The notes under the pieces are model-generated. The model saw nothing but the letters and a program-made list of their open reading frames with translations, was not told where the DNA came from and searched no databases. From assembly GCA_039920105.1 (NCBI GenBank), contig JBDSEJ010000564.1, positions 1 through 33,478 of the forward strand: 33,478 nt of DNA, written 5' to 3'. The DNA comes from Candidatus Nitrotoga sp. (GTDB taxonomy: Bacteria > Pseudomonadota > Gammaproteobacteria > Burkholderiales > Gallionellaceae). Below, one piece after another: positions 10,321-19,725 of the stretch (positions are counted from its first letter, which is position 1; the number at the start of each line of letters is the position of its first letter). A program made the position numbers and the translations under genes.

Positions 10321-10348
10321 AGATGGGGCATAAGGCAGAAATTTCAAG
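10321..10348 (-). promoter_or_regulatory. Sigma-32 (RpoH) heat-shock promoter of clpB
   Basis: Minus strand reads CTTGAA-N14-CCCCATCT, the RpoH consensus, about 30 nt upstream of the clpB start. Confidence 0.88.
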
Positions 10349-10481
10349 TATCCCCAAATTATATTTAATCCAATTAATACAATCCCGGCTCCTAAAAAGT
10401 CGTACCTTGCAGTGTGACTGCATTTTTAAAACACACCCCTCCAATCATTGCATCCAACTGGGCGCTCGCTCTGACTTCGCC

Positions 10482-10511
10482 TTGACTGCGCAATCCTCTT
10501 TAGTCTAGAAT
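10482..10511 (+). promoter_or_regulatory. Putative sigma-70 promoter for the ATPase gene
   Basis: TTGACT-N18-TAGAAT. Confidence 0.45.
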
Positions 10512-10675
10512 ATTTTTCTTTTTTTCATGAGTCCGGTACGGAAATATTGCCGTGAACGGGCGAATTCTGGCACTCTTGGGTGAACCGACAGCTCGTGTGC
10601 ATGGCATCTTTACTGAATGCTGAATGACCACAACATCGTGCAGGCCACGACCATCGCCACCAGGAGAAATAATCA

Positions 10676-11908
10676 ATGGATAACTTCCAGATACATGAAT
10701 TTACGCCGTTGTGGCTAACCATAGACCGCATTGGCCCATTTCAGATAGAACCGGAAGGAATAAATTTCACCGATAGTAATAGTGAATCTTGCAATTTCTT
10801 TATGCTCCATTCAAAAAGTGGCCGAGGCAAGACAACAATATTAGAACTGTTTTCAGCCTTGATGGGTATGACAGGCTTTACCAAGCCACAGGATTTAGCA
10901 GCAGCTCACAATCGCCGTTTCGACTCACCTTTTAACCTCGATAGCTTGGATCGTGGCCTTGGACGGGCGCAACTGGATTTTCGTATTCACTACAGTGAAG
11001 ATGGCCATGAAAGAGTTGCTGTGTTATCTCTACTTGCTGGTCGGCTGGAGACGGAATATAACTTGCGTCAGTGGGACGAAGAGGCGCTGACCAAAGTGGG
11101 TGCGCAAAAGTGGCATCGTTTTGGTTTCTGTCGCAATGAAGCAGAAACCTGGTCAACAATTGGCCTGCATGATAAATGGGTTGCAAACTTTATTTCAGGT
11201 ATTGATGCAGCCACGGGTGAAAAAATTGGTGGCTTTGAAGAAAGTATAATGGACTGGCCCACAATCATTTATTTCTCTGCATATCGAAATATTGTGCCCG
11301 TTAATCCAGATCAGCATTGCGCCATTGTTCCCCCCATAAACTGGAATTACGCTCCTTCGCATTCATTTGGCACGGAAAGCGGCGATTGGCGTGATTCACT
11401 CGACAACTTGCTGGTTTGGCTAAAGTGGCTTGATGACGATCGTTTCGATCGCGCGGTAAAGTTGGTTAATGAGCGAGTTTTTGCCAATACTAATACCGCA
11501 ATCAAGGATGTTCGTAAAGATCCGCATGAGGTTGTAGTCATGCGTAATGGAAAAGCACATCGACTCGACAAACTTAGCAACGGAGAAAAAAGCTTAGTGC
11601 AATTATTTGTTCGCCTAGGCGCATATATGACGCGCAACACAATTTTGCTGATTGACGAGCCTGAAGCACATTTGCACGAAGACTGGCAACACCGGCTCCT
11701 GTCACAACTTAAAAAAATAGCACAAGAACAGTTTCCTGGATTGACCATTATTTTGGCTACCCATTCAGCAAAAATGATGGCTACGCTTGCATTAGAGCAG
11801 GAAGAAGACAATCTGCGCAAAGGATGCAATTTAGGCGACACCATAGACATAAAAGCAAATTTCCCCCGGCCCAAGGAGAGAGTTTTCAGCAGGCCTGAAG
11901 AACGTTAA
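10676..11908 (+). CDS. ABC/SMC-like (AAA_21/AAA_15-type) ATPase, possibly defence-related
   Basis: Walker A-like SKSGRGKTT, signature LSNGEKS, Walker B/D-loop ILLIDEPEAHLH, H-loop ILATHS; no transmembrane segments; AGGAG RBS. Confidence 0.85.
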   Translation: MDNFQIHEFTPLWLTIDRIGPFQIEPEGINFTDSNSESCNFFMLHSKSGRGKTTILELFSALMGMTGFTKPQDLAAAHNRRFDSPFNLDSLDRGLGRAQLDFRIHYSEDGHERVAVLSLLAGRLETEYNLRQWDEEALTKVGAQKWHRFGFCRNEAETWSTIGLHDKWVANFISGIDAATGEKIGGFEESIMDWPTIIYFSAYRNIVPVNPDQHCAIVPPINWNYAPSHSFGTESGDWRDSLDNLLVWLKWLDDDRFDRAVKLVNERVFANTNTAIKDVRKDPHEVVVMRNGKAHRLDKLSNGEKSLVQLFVRLGAYMTRNTILLIDEPEAHLHEDWQHRLLSQLKKIAQEQFPGLTIILATHSAKMMATLALEQEEDNLRKGCNLGDTIDIKANFPRPKERVFSRPEER

Positions 11909-11990
11909 TCGGATTTAAAGCCGGTTCAGCCATGGTCACTGGAAAAAGCATTCAGTTTTTTTGGCATATCTCTACATGAAATAAATAACT

Positions 11991-12051
11991 TTGAGGCTTT
12001 TTCGAGCCTCAATTATGCTTAACCCGCATGGCATATAAGCAGTGGGTTAAG
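11991..12051. terminator. Two hairpins between the convergent ATPase and rho genes (probable terminators)
   Basis: TTGAGGCT-N6-AGCCTCAA (11991-12012) flanked by an A-rich tract; CTTAACCCGC...GTGGGTTAAG (12018-12051). Confidence 0.6.
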
Positions 12052-12063
12052 TCTTTTGAAATT

Positions 12064-13320
12064 TTAGCGGCGCATTGAATCAAAAAAATCAGCGTTGTTC
12101 TTAGTCGCTTTAATTTTATCCAATAGAAATTCCATTGATTCCAATTCATCCATTGGGTAGAGTAGTTTGCGCAGCACCCAAATTTTGGGCAAGATGTCCG
12201 CTTTAATCAGCAACTCTTCTCTGCGTGTGCCGGATCGATTAATGTTAATGGCCGGATAGATGCGCTTTTCTGCCATGCGTCGGTCTAGATGAATTTCCAT
12301 ATTACCGGTGCCCTTAAACTCTTCATAAATCACATCATCCATGCGAGAACCGGTATCAACTAGCGCCGTAGCTATGATGGTAAGCGAGCCGCCTTCTTCA
12401 ACATTGCGGGCCGCTCCAAAAAAGCGTTTGGGACGCTGCAGGGCATTAGCATCAACGCCACCAGTGAGGACTTTACCAGAAGACGGCACGACCGTATTGT
12501 AGGCACGCGCCAGCCGAGTAATTGAATCCAGAAGGATGACCACATCCTTCTTATGTTCAACTAGGCGCTTGGCTTTTTCGAGCACCATTTCAGCGACTTG
12601 AACGTGGCGTGTGGCAGGCTCATCGAAGGTAGATGCAACCACTTCACCACGCACGCTGCGACTCATTTCGGTGACCTCTTCGGGACGCTCGTCTATCAAC
12701 AGAACAATCAGGTGCGCATCCGGATTGTTTGCCGCGATGGAATGAGCGATATGCTGCAGCATCACAGTCTTGCCAGATTTTGGTGAAGCTACCAGCAACC
12801 CGCGCTGACCCTTACCAATGGGGGCAACGATATCAATGATGCGCCCAGTAACATTTTCTTCAGCGCGGATATCCCGCTCCAGTGCCATTTGCTTAGTTGG
12901 GAACAGTGGTGTCAGATTTTCGAACAGTATTTTGTTCTTTGTGTTTTCCGGAGCCTCGGAGTTAACCTTATCCACCTTTACTAAGGCGACGTAACGCTCT
13001 CCTTCTTTTGGGGTTCGGATCTCGCCTTCGATCGAATCTCCAGTATGTAGATTGAATCGACGAATCTGACTTGGACTAACGTAGATGTCATCCGGTCCCG
13101 CCAAGTAAGATATGTCTGGCGAGCGCAGAAAGCCAAATCCGTCAGGCAATACTTCCAGCGTGCCTTCGCCGAAAATACTTTCACCTTTCTTTGCTTGATT
13201 TTTCAGCAAAGCGAAAATCAAGTCTTGCTTGCGCATTCGGTTGGCATTGTCGATCTGGTTTGTTGTTGCCATACCTACCAGTTCAGTGATGTGTTTGGTC
13301 TTGAGGTCAGATAAATGCAT
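12064..13320 (-). CDS. rho: Transcription termination factor Rho
   Basis: [49 protein letters not shown]. Confidence 0.99.
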   Translation of the reverse strand: MHLSDLKTKHITELVGMATTNQIDNANRMRKQDLIFALLKNQAKKGESIFGEGTLEVLPDGFGFLRSPDISYLAGPDDIYVSPSQIRRFNLHTGDSIEGEIRTPKEGERYVALVKVDKVNSEAPENTKNKILFENLTPLFPTKQMALERDIRAEENVTGRIIDIVAPIGKGQRGLLVASPKSGKTVMLQHIAHSIAANNPDAHLIVLLIDERPEEVTEMSRSVRGEVVASTFDEPATRHVQVAEMVLEKAKRLVEHKKDVVILLDSITRLARAYNTVVPSSGKVLTGGVDANALQRPKRFFGAARNVEEGGSLTIIATALVDTGSRMDDVIYEEFKGTGNMEIHLDRRMAEKRIYPAININRSGTRREELLIKADILPKIWVLRKLLYPMDELESMEFLLDKIKATKNNADFFDSMRR

Positions 13321-13419
13321 ATAGGGATGGATGGGTGATATTACGAAATTTAAGGAGTCTACTTAGGGAGGTATTACGGTTTGCGCGGGGATGCCGCGCG
13401 CATTAACTATACTTTACCG

Positions 13420-13454
13420 TCAAGTATTTGCGAGTCCATCAAGTATTTGCGAGT
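13420..13454. repeat. Tandem 16-bp direct repeat TCAAGTATTTGCGAGT x2
   Basis: Exact copies at 13420-13435 and 13439-13454. Confidence 0.9.
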
Positions 13455-13523
13455 TATAGTGCAGCAGGATCCAACGAAATAATACAATTGCTACTTACAG
13501 TTAGTATTTGAAGGATAAATGAT

Positions 13524-13850
13524 TTAAATATGACTGTCAATAAATGCGGTGAGCTGCGATTTAGATAACGCGCCAACTTTGGTTGCTTCGATATTTCCGT
13601 TCTTGAAAAGCATCAGCGTAGGAATGCCACGAACTCCATATTTCTGTGGGGTTTGCTGGTTTTCATCTACATTCATTTTGGCTACGGTCATGCGTCCGGC
13701 ATATTCCTTGGCGATCTCTTCCAGAATCGGAGCAATACTGCGGCATGGACCGCACCATTCCGCCCAATAATCTACCAGCACTGGAAGCGGTGCTTGCAGT
13801 ACATCTGCGGAAAAAGTTGTATCAGTAACATAACGGATATGTTCACTCAT
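13524..13850 (-). CDS. trxA: Thioredoxin 1
   Basis: WCGPC active site, GIPTL; canonical trxA-rho order. Confidence 0.98.
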   Translation of the reverse strand: MSEHIRYVTDTTFSADVLQAPLPVLVDYWAEWCGPCRSIAPILEEIAKEYAGRMTVAKMNVDENQQTPQKYGVRGIPTLMLFKNGNIEATKVGALSKSQLTAFIDSHI

Positions 13851-14271
13851 GATGAATCTCGCTTTATAGTTAAAAATTTAAAGATTAAATTGACTTAATG
13901 TGAAGCTGAGTGAAGGTGCGATACAAATGATAGTTTCACATCCTAACCAAAAAAAGAGAATATGTGAAGTGCTTGCGTATATTTCATGTTTAGTGTTTAT
14001 TACCTATCAATCATTGTTGCGCCCAATTGTGCAATGTTCGGTATATTGGCGATTGCATTAATGATGCCAGACGGTGCCATGAAAAGACTTACTGAAGAGG
14101 ACCCCCATGATCTTAACGAACAGTACCATCCAACGTTAAGGCACACACCAGGGAAAAACCCCAAGTCCTCCAGCTCCTAATTTCGCCGCACGAATCGTGC
14201 CGTATGCTGCTTGCCACCCTACGTAAGTCATCGCTATTTAGCGATCCGTCTTTCCATTTAACCGGACACTA

Positions 14272-14285
14272 TTGATCAAAATTAA
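14272..14285. promoter_or_regulatory. FNR/CRP-family box-like site upstream of the DUF1566 gene
   Basis: TTGAT-CAAA-ATTAA, 9/10 match to TTGAT-N4-ATCAA, but in AT-rich DNA. Confidence 0.35.
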
Positions 14286-14368
14286 ATATAATAATAAAGC
14301 GATTTTAGTTTCTTATATAGTAAGAACTAAGATGTGCGGATCTATTTTAATTAACTAACTCTAGGAGC

Positions 14369-14860
14369 ATGTCCATGAAAACCGTTACCCCGCCGGCCAA
14401 CGGAGTAGCTGAGTCAGGCGACCCAGAAGCTCTTACCCAAACCCGATATATAATTTCGACGGATGGCAATGAAGTCACTGACAGCAACACTGGGTTGATC
14501 TGGCGGCGCTGCGCAGAAGGCATGAAGTTCATCACCAATAGCTGTAGTGGAATGGCAACCGCTTTTAGCTCGGACCAGGCTCAGAGCTGGGCTAAAAACG
14601 AAGCCTTAACCAGTGGCAAACCTTGGCGTCTTCCCAGTCTAAAGGAGCTTTCGAGCATCGTGGATTCCTGCCGCTGCAACCCGGCAATTGATACAGCAGC
14701 TTTTCCTGGAACACCAGGATCTCCTTTTTGGTCCGCTCCACCCGCGGAAGGCGAACCTTCGTATGCTTGGGGGGTCAATTTCGATTATGGCTACGTGGAC
14801 TACGGCTCAGAACATAACAGCGCTGGCTATCGAGTTCGTTTAGTGCGCTCCGGTGAGTAA
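14369..14860 (+). CDS. DUF1566 (Lcl C-terminal, CLec-like fold) protein
   Basis: VTD..TGLIWRRC, WRLPS.KEL.SIVD, FWS, AW.VNF..G, VRLVR motifs; AGGAG RBS. Confidence 0.9.
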   Translation: MSMKTVTPPANGVAESGDPEALTQTRYIISTDGNEVTDSNTGLIWRRCAEGMKFITNSCSGMATAFSSDQAQSWAKNEALTSGKPWRLPSLKELSSIVDSCRCNPAIDTAAFPGTPGSPFWSAPPAEGEPSYAWGVNFDYGYVDYGSEHNSAGYRVRLVRSGE

Positions 14861-14987
14861 TTTGACGCTTTGCGATTTGGACACTCAGGTCAGCCAATAA
14901 CACTTTCGAATACCCATTTCGCTGCATTTTGCGTCTGAATCCGCCACTATTTGTATATTGAAACTAGTGTCGATAAATTCGATTTGG

Positions 14988-15911
14988 TCATGATGCTTGA
15001 ACCTTAATAATTTTCTCCAACACATGCACCATGTCTTGGTGCCAATCCGGGATTGTCAGACCAAAAGTTTTCCGCAGCTTCCCACTATCAAGCCTGGAAT
15101 TGGGCGGACGTGGCGCAGGCAATGGATAATCGATACTGGGGATTGCTTCAATTGCATTCGCTTTTAAAAGTAATGCAACTCCTCTCTTTTCAGCATAAGC
15201 AATGACGCATTTGGCATAGTCGTACCAAGTTGTTTCACCGGCAGCAACCAAATGATATGTGCCGTAGGGAAAACTTTCTCGATTCACTTTGCTCCAATAT
15301 CGGGCAATAATTTGGGCGGAAACATCTGCAATTAAATGCGCAGATGTCGGAGCACCGTACTGATCAGCAATTACTCTGAGCGATTCTCGATCTTTAGCAA
15401 GCTTAAGAATCGTCTTGGCAAAATTTCCACCATGCGCGCCGAATACCCAGCTGGTACGGAATATCAAATTGCGGCAACCAGCCGCTGCAATTCCGCTCTC
15501 ACCCGCAAGTTTGCTTGCACCATAAACCGATTGCGGGTTTGGGATATCGTCTTCTATATACCATCCAGATTGCATACCATCGAACACATAATCGGTCGAA
15601 TAATGCACGATCAGCGCACCTAAAGAGGCAGCCTCATCTGCAAGCAGACTAGGGACAGTGGCATTGATTAGGTGAGCAATTTGCGGTTCGCTTTCGGCTT
15701 TATCTACTGCAGTGTAAGCCGAAGCATTCACAATGATATCGGGCCGCATCTGACGCACAATTTCTCTTACTTGCGATAAATTAGCCAAATCGCAATCTTG
15801 CCGGCCGAAGGCATGCACCAAGCCAAACAGCGACAATGCTGTTTGCAACTCAAAGCCTACTTGGCCATTTTTGCCGAATAGCAAAATAACAGGTTTTTGC
15901 AATATCATCAT
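14988..15911 (-). CDS. rfbD: dTDP-4-dehydrorhamnose reductase
   Basis: GKNGQVG, AYTAVDKAESE, HYSTDYVFDG, YGASKLAGE, DQYGAPT, PAPRP.NSRL; start at 15911 or 15908. Confidence 0.95.
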   Translation of the reverse strand: MMILQKPVILLFGKNGQVGFELQTALSLFGLVHAFGRQDCDLANLSQVREIVRQMRPDIIVNASAYTAVDKAESEPQIAHLINATVPSLLADEAASLGALIVHYSTDYVFDGMQSGWYIEDDIPNPQSVYGASKLAGESGIAAAGCRNLIFRTSWVFGAHGGNFAKTILKLAKDRESLRVIADQYGAPTSAHLIADVSAQIIARYWSKVNRESFPYGTYHLVAAGETTWYDYAKCVIAYAEKRGVALLLKANAIEAIPSIDYPLPAPRPPNSRLDSGKLRKTFGLTIPDWHQDMVHVLEKIIKVQAS

Positions 15912-16102
15912 TAGCTTTAGCAATTCAGTGATACGTTAATAAAACAATCAAATATATGTTTGAACTAAACAGTACATTGCCCAGCTCCTTGCTACAGAGC
16001 CACTCCCACCACATACGAAACGTGTCGCATTAACATGCTACTTGAGCTAAATATATTTCATAAATTCGCTTGTTGCTTGCACTGATTTTATGAAACATCA
16101 GG

Positions 16103-17560
16103 TTACCGTTGCCAAAAATGCGGGGTAAAAATGATCAGCACGGTAACTATTTCCAAGCGCCCTATCAGCATGGCCACGGTACATATCCAAGTCTGAAAAT
16201 CACTTAACACACCATAGTTGCTTGCCGGACCCAAGATTCCCAAACCAGGACCAACATTGTTGATACAGGCAACTATCCCAGAAAAAGCAGATAAAAAATC
16301 CAACCCACTTATCACCAAAGCAAAAGTCAATGCGACTATGCTCATGAAGTAAAGAAAGATAAAGCCCAGCACCGAGAACACTACATTGTCAGGCACTACG
16401 CGGCCGCCGATTTTTAACGGGTTTACCGCGGCCGGATGTAATAATTTGATAAATTCACGCCCTGCCTGCTTTATTAGTATGAGCGTGCGAATCATTTTAA
16501 TGCCGCTGCCAGTAGAGCCGGAACTGGCGGATATACAACTTAAAAACAGCATCCACAGCGGCGCAAACATGGGCCAAAGACCAAAATCTGTGCTGGAAAA
16601 ACCACAGTTAGCTGCAATCGATACCAAATTAAAACTAGCATACCTTAGCGCTGTCCATAAACTCGGATAAATACCCTGCCACCATAAAAATGTACCAATG
16701 ACAAAACAGCTTGCCACTAACATGACAATAGTACCTAGGCTCTCAGTATCAAGCAGATAGAGCTTTAACTTTTTTTTTCGCCATACCAGAAAATGTGTCG
16801 CGAAATTCATTGCTGCCAGCAGCATAAATATGATCATTACAATTTCAATAATAGAAGAATTAAAATATCCCACGCTAGCGTCATGCGTGGAGAAACCTCC
16901 CAACCCTACCGTAGTGAATGCATGACATATAGCATCTAGCCAAGACATTCCTGCCAAGTTTAACGATATGATGCAAACCACCGTGATGCAGAAATATACC
17001 AGCCACAAATTACGAGCCGTTTCTGCAATGCGCGGGGCAAGAGTGGCATCCTTCATCGGGCCGGGCATTTCCGCCTTATATAATTGACGACCACCGATAC
17101 CCAGCAGGGGCAAAATTGCCACCACTAACACGATAATACCCATACCACCCAGCCAGCTTAATTCGTGCCGCCACAGATTGATGGCCGGCGGCAAATTGTC
17201 TAGTCCTGTCAACACGGTCGCACCCGTAGTTGTCATGCCAGACATCGTTTCGAAGTAAGCATCGGTTAATGACAACCCGTTGATTTGAAGCAGCAAAGGC
17301 AGGGTAGCAAAAGCCGGCAGCACCGTCCACACCATTGCTACCAGCAAATAGCCGTGGCGGATAGTCAACTCACGTTTGCTGTGACGTGCAATCAACCACA
17401 TCAGACAACCGGCCACAAAAGTTATCGCCATTGCCAAGGCAAAGTCTATCCATGTGCCATCTTGATAAATCAACGATGTACAAATCGGCAAGATATAAGT
17501 TACGCTGAACATAATTAACATCATGCCAAGCGCGTGGATAACTTTCAGCGAGCGTTGCAC
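16103..17560 (-). CDS. trkH: Trk potassium uptake membrane protein
   Basis: Multi-TM protein; FETMSGMTTTGAT, WLGGMGIIV, GGFSTHD.S, GSTGSGIK, NNVGPG, GRLE. Confidence 0.95.
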   Translation of the reverse strand: MQRSLKVIHALGMMLIMFSVTYILPICTSLIYQDGTWIDFALAMAITFVAGCLMWLIARHSKRELTIRHGYLLVAMVWTVLPAFATLPLLLQINGLSLTDAYFETMSGMTTTGATVLTGLDNLPPAINLWRHELSWLGGMGIIVLVVAILPLLGIGGRQLYKAEMPGPMKDATLAPRIAETARNLWLVYFCITVVCIISLNLAGMSWLDAICHAFTTVGLGGFSTHDASVGYFNSSIIEIVMIIFMLLAAMNFATHFLVWRKKKLKLYLLDTESLGTIVMLVASCFVIGTFLWWQGIYPSLWTALRYASFNLVSIAANCGFSSTDFGLWPMFAPLWMLFLSCISASSGSTGSGIKMIRTLILIKQAGREFIKLLHPAAVNPLKIGGRVVPDNVVFSVLGFIFLYFMSIVALTFALVISGLDFLSAFSGIVACINNVGPGLGILGPASNYGVLSDFQTWICTVAMLIGRLEIVTVLIIFTPHFWQR

Positions 17561-18933
17561 TAAAAGAACCCCAGGCCGACCTGGAACAATTTTTCAACCT
17601 TGCAAATCATCTTTTTATTGATCACGAACACGATGACATGATCGCCCTCTTCAATCACCGTGTTGCGGTGTCCCATGAGCACCTGCTCTCCGCGCACTAT
17701 CGTGCCGATAGTAGCGCCCTTGGGCAGCTCAATCTCATCAATGCGCCGTCCTACTACTTTAGACGAATGTCTTTCGCCATGTACCACCATTTCTAGCGCC
17801 TCTGCCGCTCCGCGCCTAAGCGCATGCACCACTGCCACATCACCCTGGCGCACGTAGGCGAGCAATGAACCGATCGTAACTTGGGCCGGCGATAGCGCAA
17901 TATCTATCTTCCCGCCTTGCACCAAATCAACATATGAGCTGCGATTAATTAATGAGAGCACTTTACGTGCCTTCCCTTTTTTGGCTAGTAGCGCAGACAT
18001 AATATTGTTTTCATCATCATTAGTCAGAGAACAGAATACGTCCACATCCGCTACATGTTCGGATGCAAGCAGGTTCTCATCGGTCCCATCGCCACACAGC
18101 ACCAGCGTATGGGTCAATTCGCCTGCCAAGCGCTCACACGCTTTCTTATTGTGCTCTATAAGCTTAACCTGATAATCGCGCTCCAGCGCTCGCGCCAGCC
18201 TACGTCCGATATTGCCGCCACCGACAATCATCACGCGTTTGGCTGGTTTATCCAAATGGCGCCACTCTTTCAACACCGTGCGGATATTTTTGGTTGCCGC
18301 AATAAAGAAAACCTCGTCGCCAGCCTTTATCAGCGTTCCACCTTCTGGAATAATTGGCCTGTCTTGGCGAAAAATTGCTGCAACTCGAGTATCAACATTA
18401 GGCATGTGCGTGCGCAGGTAACGCAATTCCTGTCCTACCAGAGGGCCATCCTCAAAGGCCTTGACCGCCACCAGAGACACCCGGCCACCAGCGAATTCCA
18501 GCACTTGCAGGGCTTCAGGAAACTCAATCAATTTGTAGATGTAATCAGTGAGTATCTGTTCAGGGCAAATTGAGAAGTCCACACAAAAATTATCAGCACT
18601 AAATATTTCGGGATGCTCTAGATAGTTTGCGGCGCGAATTCGCGCTATCTTTGTCGGGGTGTTATACAAACTGGCCGCGAGCTTGCAGGCCACCATGTTA
18701 ACCTCATCACTTTGCGTAACAGCTAACAACATATCAACATCTGCAATTCCAGCCTGCTCCAGCACAGAAGGATGAGAAGCATTTCCCACTAGAGTGCGTA
18801 AATCATAGCGATCTTGCAGGAGACGCAATTTTTCAGCGTCGGTATCAACTATGGTGATATCGTTGTTTTCTCCGACCAAACTCTCCGCCACTGTTGAACC
18901 GACCTGCCCGGCCCCGAGTATCAATATCTGCAC
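17560..18933 (-). CDS. trkA: Trk potassium uptake NAD-binding subunit
   Basis: Two RCK-N domains (GAGQVG, GGGNIG), LRRGAAEALE; stop overlaps the trkH start. Confidence 0.97.
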   Translation of the reverse strand: MQILILGAGQVGSTVAESLVGENNDITIVDTDAEKLRLLQDRYDLRTLVGNASHPSVLEQAGIADVDMLLAVTQSDEVNMVACKLAASLYNTPTKIARIRAANYLEHPEIFSADNFCVDFSICPEQILTDYIYKLIEFPEALQVLEFAGGRVSLVAVKAFEDGPLVGQELRYLRTHMPNVDTRVAAIFRQDRPIIPEGGTLIKAGDEVFFIAATKNIRTVLKEWRHLDKPAKRVMIVGGGNIGRRLARALERDYQVKLIEHNKKACERLAGELTHTLVLCGDGTDENLLASEHVADVDVFCSLTNDDENNIMSALLAKKGKARKVLSLINRSSYVDLVQGGKIDIALSPAQVTIGSLLAYVRQGDVAVVHALRRGAAEALEMVVHGERHSSKVVGRRIDEIELPKGATIGTIVRGEQVLMGHRNTVIEEGDHVIVFVINKKMICKVEKLFQVGLGFF

Positions 18934-19167
18934 GTCAATTGCCTTTCATAATGTCCAACTTCTTTGTAACCGTATGACGTGCATTTATCGTTATGCGCTA
19001 ATAAAACAGCACGAAACAGGTAAGCTGAGCACAGTACCAATTGGGTATGCTACAGAGAAACATGGCCTCTATCGTCTCTCTGTATAGATAATTCAGCCGC
19101 AATACACAGAAAATTTATGAGCCTCAGCTCGAGGGACGATAGTCAATTCAGCGTAATGAATTCAGAT

Positions 19168-19725
19168 TTATGCTTCGCTTTTCCATTTAATAGAACATCC
19201 CATGCTGGCGAATTGCTCTAGCGGTCCCTTACCAGTTTGCGCAACTTGTAGCATGGCATTGAACAAATCACGCGGCACATCCGGCACCGCCTCCTTGCGC
19301 GAAGCATCCAGTCGACCACGGTATTGCAATTCCATTTGGGCATTAAACCCGAAAAAATCTGGCGTGCATACCGCCCCGTAATCCTTGGCAATTTGCTGCG
19401 TCTCGTCCCATACATAAGGGAATGGATAAGCATATTGCTGAGCCACTTTCTGCATATTATCGAATGAGTCTTCCGGATATTCTGAAGAATCATTAGACAT
19501 GATGGCAATGCTGTTTATGCCATGTTGAAGCAGCTCCCGTGTATCCCGCACCATGCGATCACGAATGGATTTTACATAGGGACAATGGTTGCTAATGAAC
19601 ATCACCAACAATCCTTTCTCGCCACATATATTTTTCGGGGTATAAAGTTTCCCATCCACACCTCGCAAGTTAAATTCATGAGCCTTCCAGCCGAAATCGC
19701 AAACTGGCGGTTGTAAACTTACCAT
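19168..19725 (-). CDS. Thioredoxin-fold (AhpC/TSA/redoxin-like) protein
   Basis: MF.xNHCPYV, YPEDSF..M, YPFPY..DETQ, YGAVCTPDFFGF, YRGRLD, SMGCSIKW. Confidence 0.92.
   Translation of the reverse strand: MVSLQPPVCDFGWKAHEFNLRGVDGKLYTPKNICGEKGLLVMFISNHCPYVKSIRDRMVRDTRELLQHGINSIAIMSNDSSEYPEDSFDNMQKVAQQYAYPFPYVWDETQQIAKDYGAVCTPDFFGFNAQMELQYRGRLDASRKEAVPDVPRDLFNAMLQVAQTGKGPLEQFASMGCSIKWKSEA

Noticed and set aside
10408-10427. TGCAGT-GTG-ACTGCA hairpin followed by T5
   Set aside because: Short stem with no plus-strand gene upstream to terminate
13420-13454. Direct repeat as a mini CRISPR array
   Set aside because: Only two 16-bp copies with a 3-nt spacer and no cas genes
13986-14180. 64-aa ORF and a GAGGA-ATG mini ORF (MILTNSTIQR)
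   Set aside because: No homology cues; cannot be supported as coding
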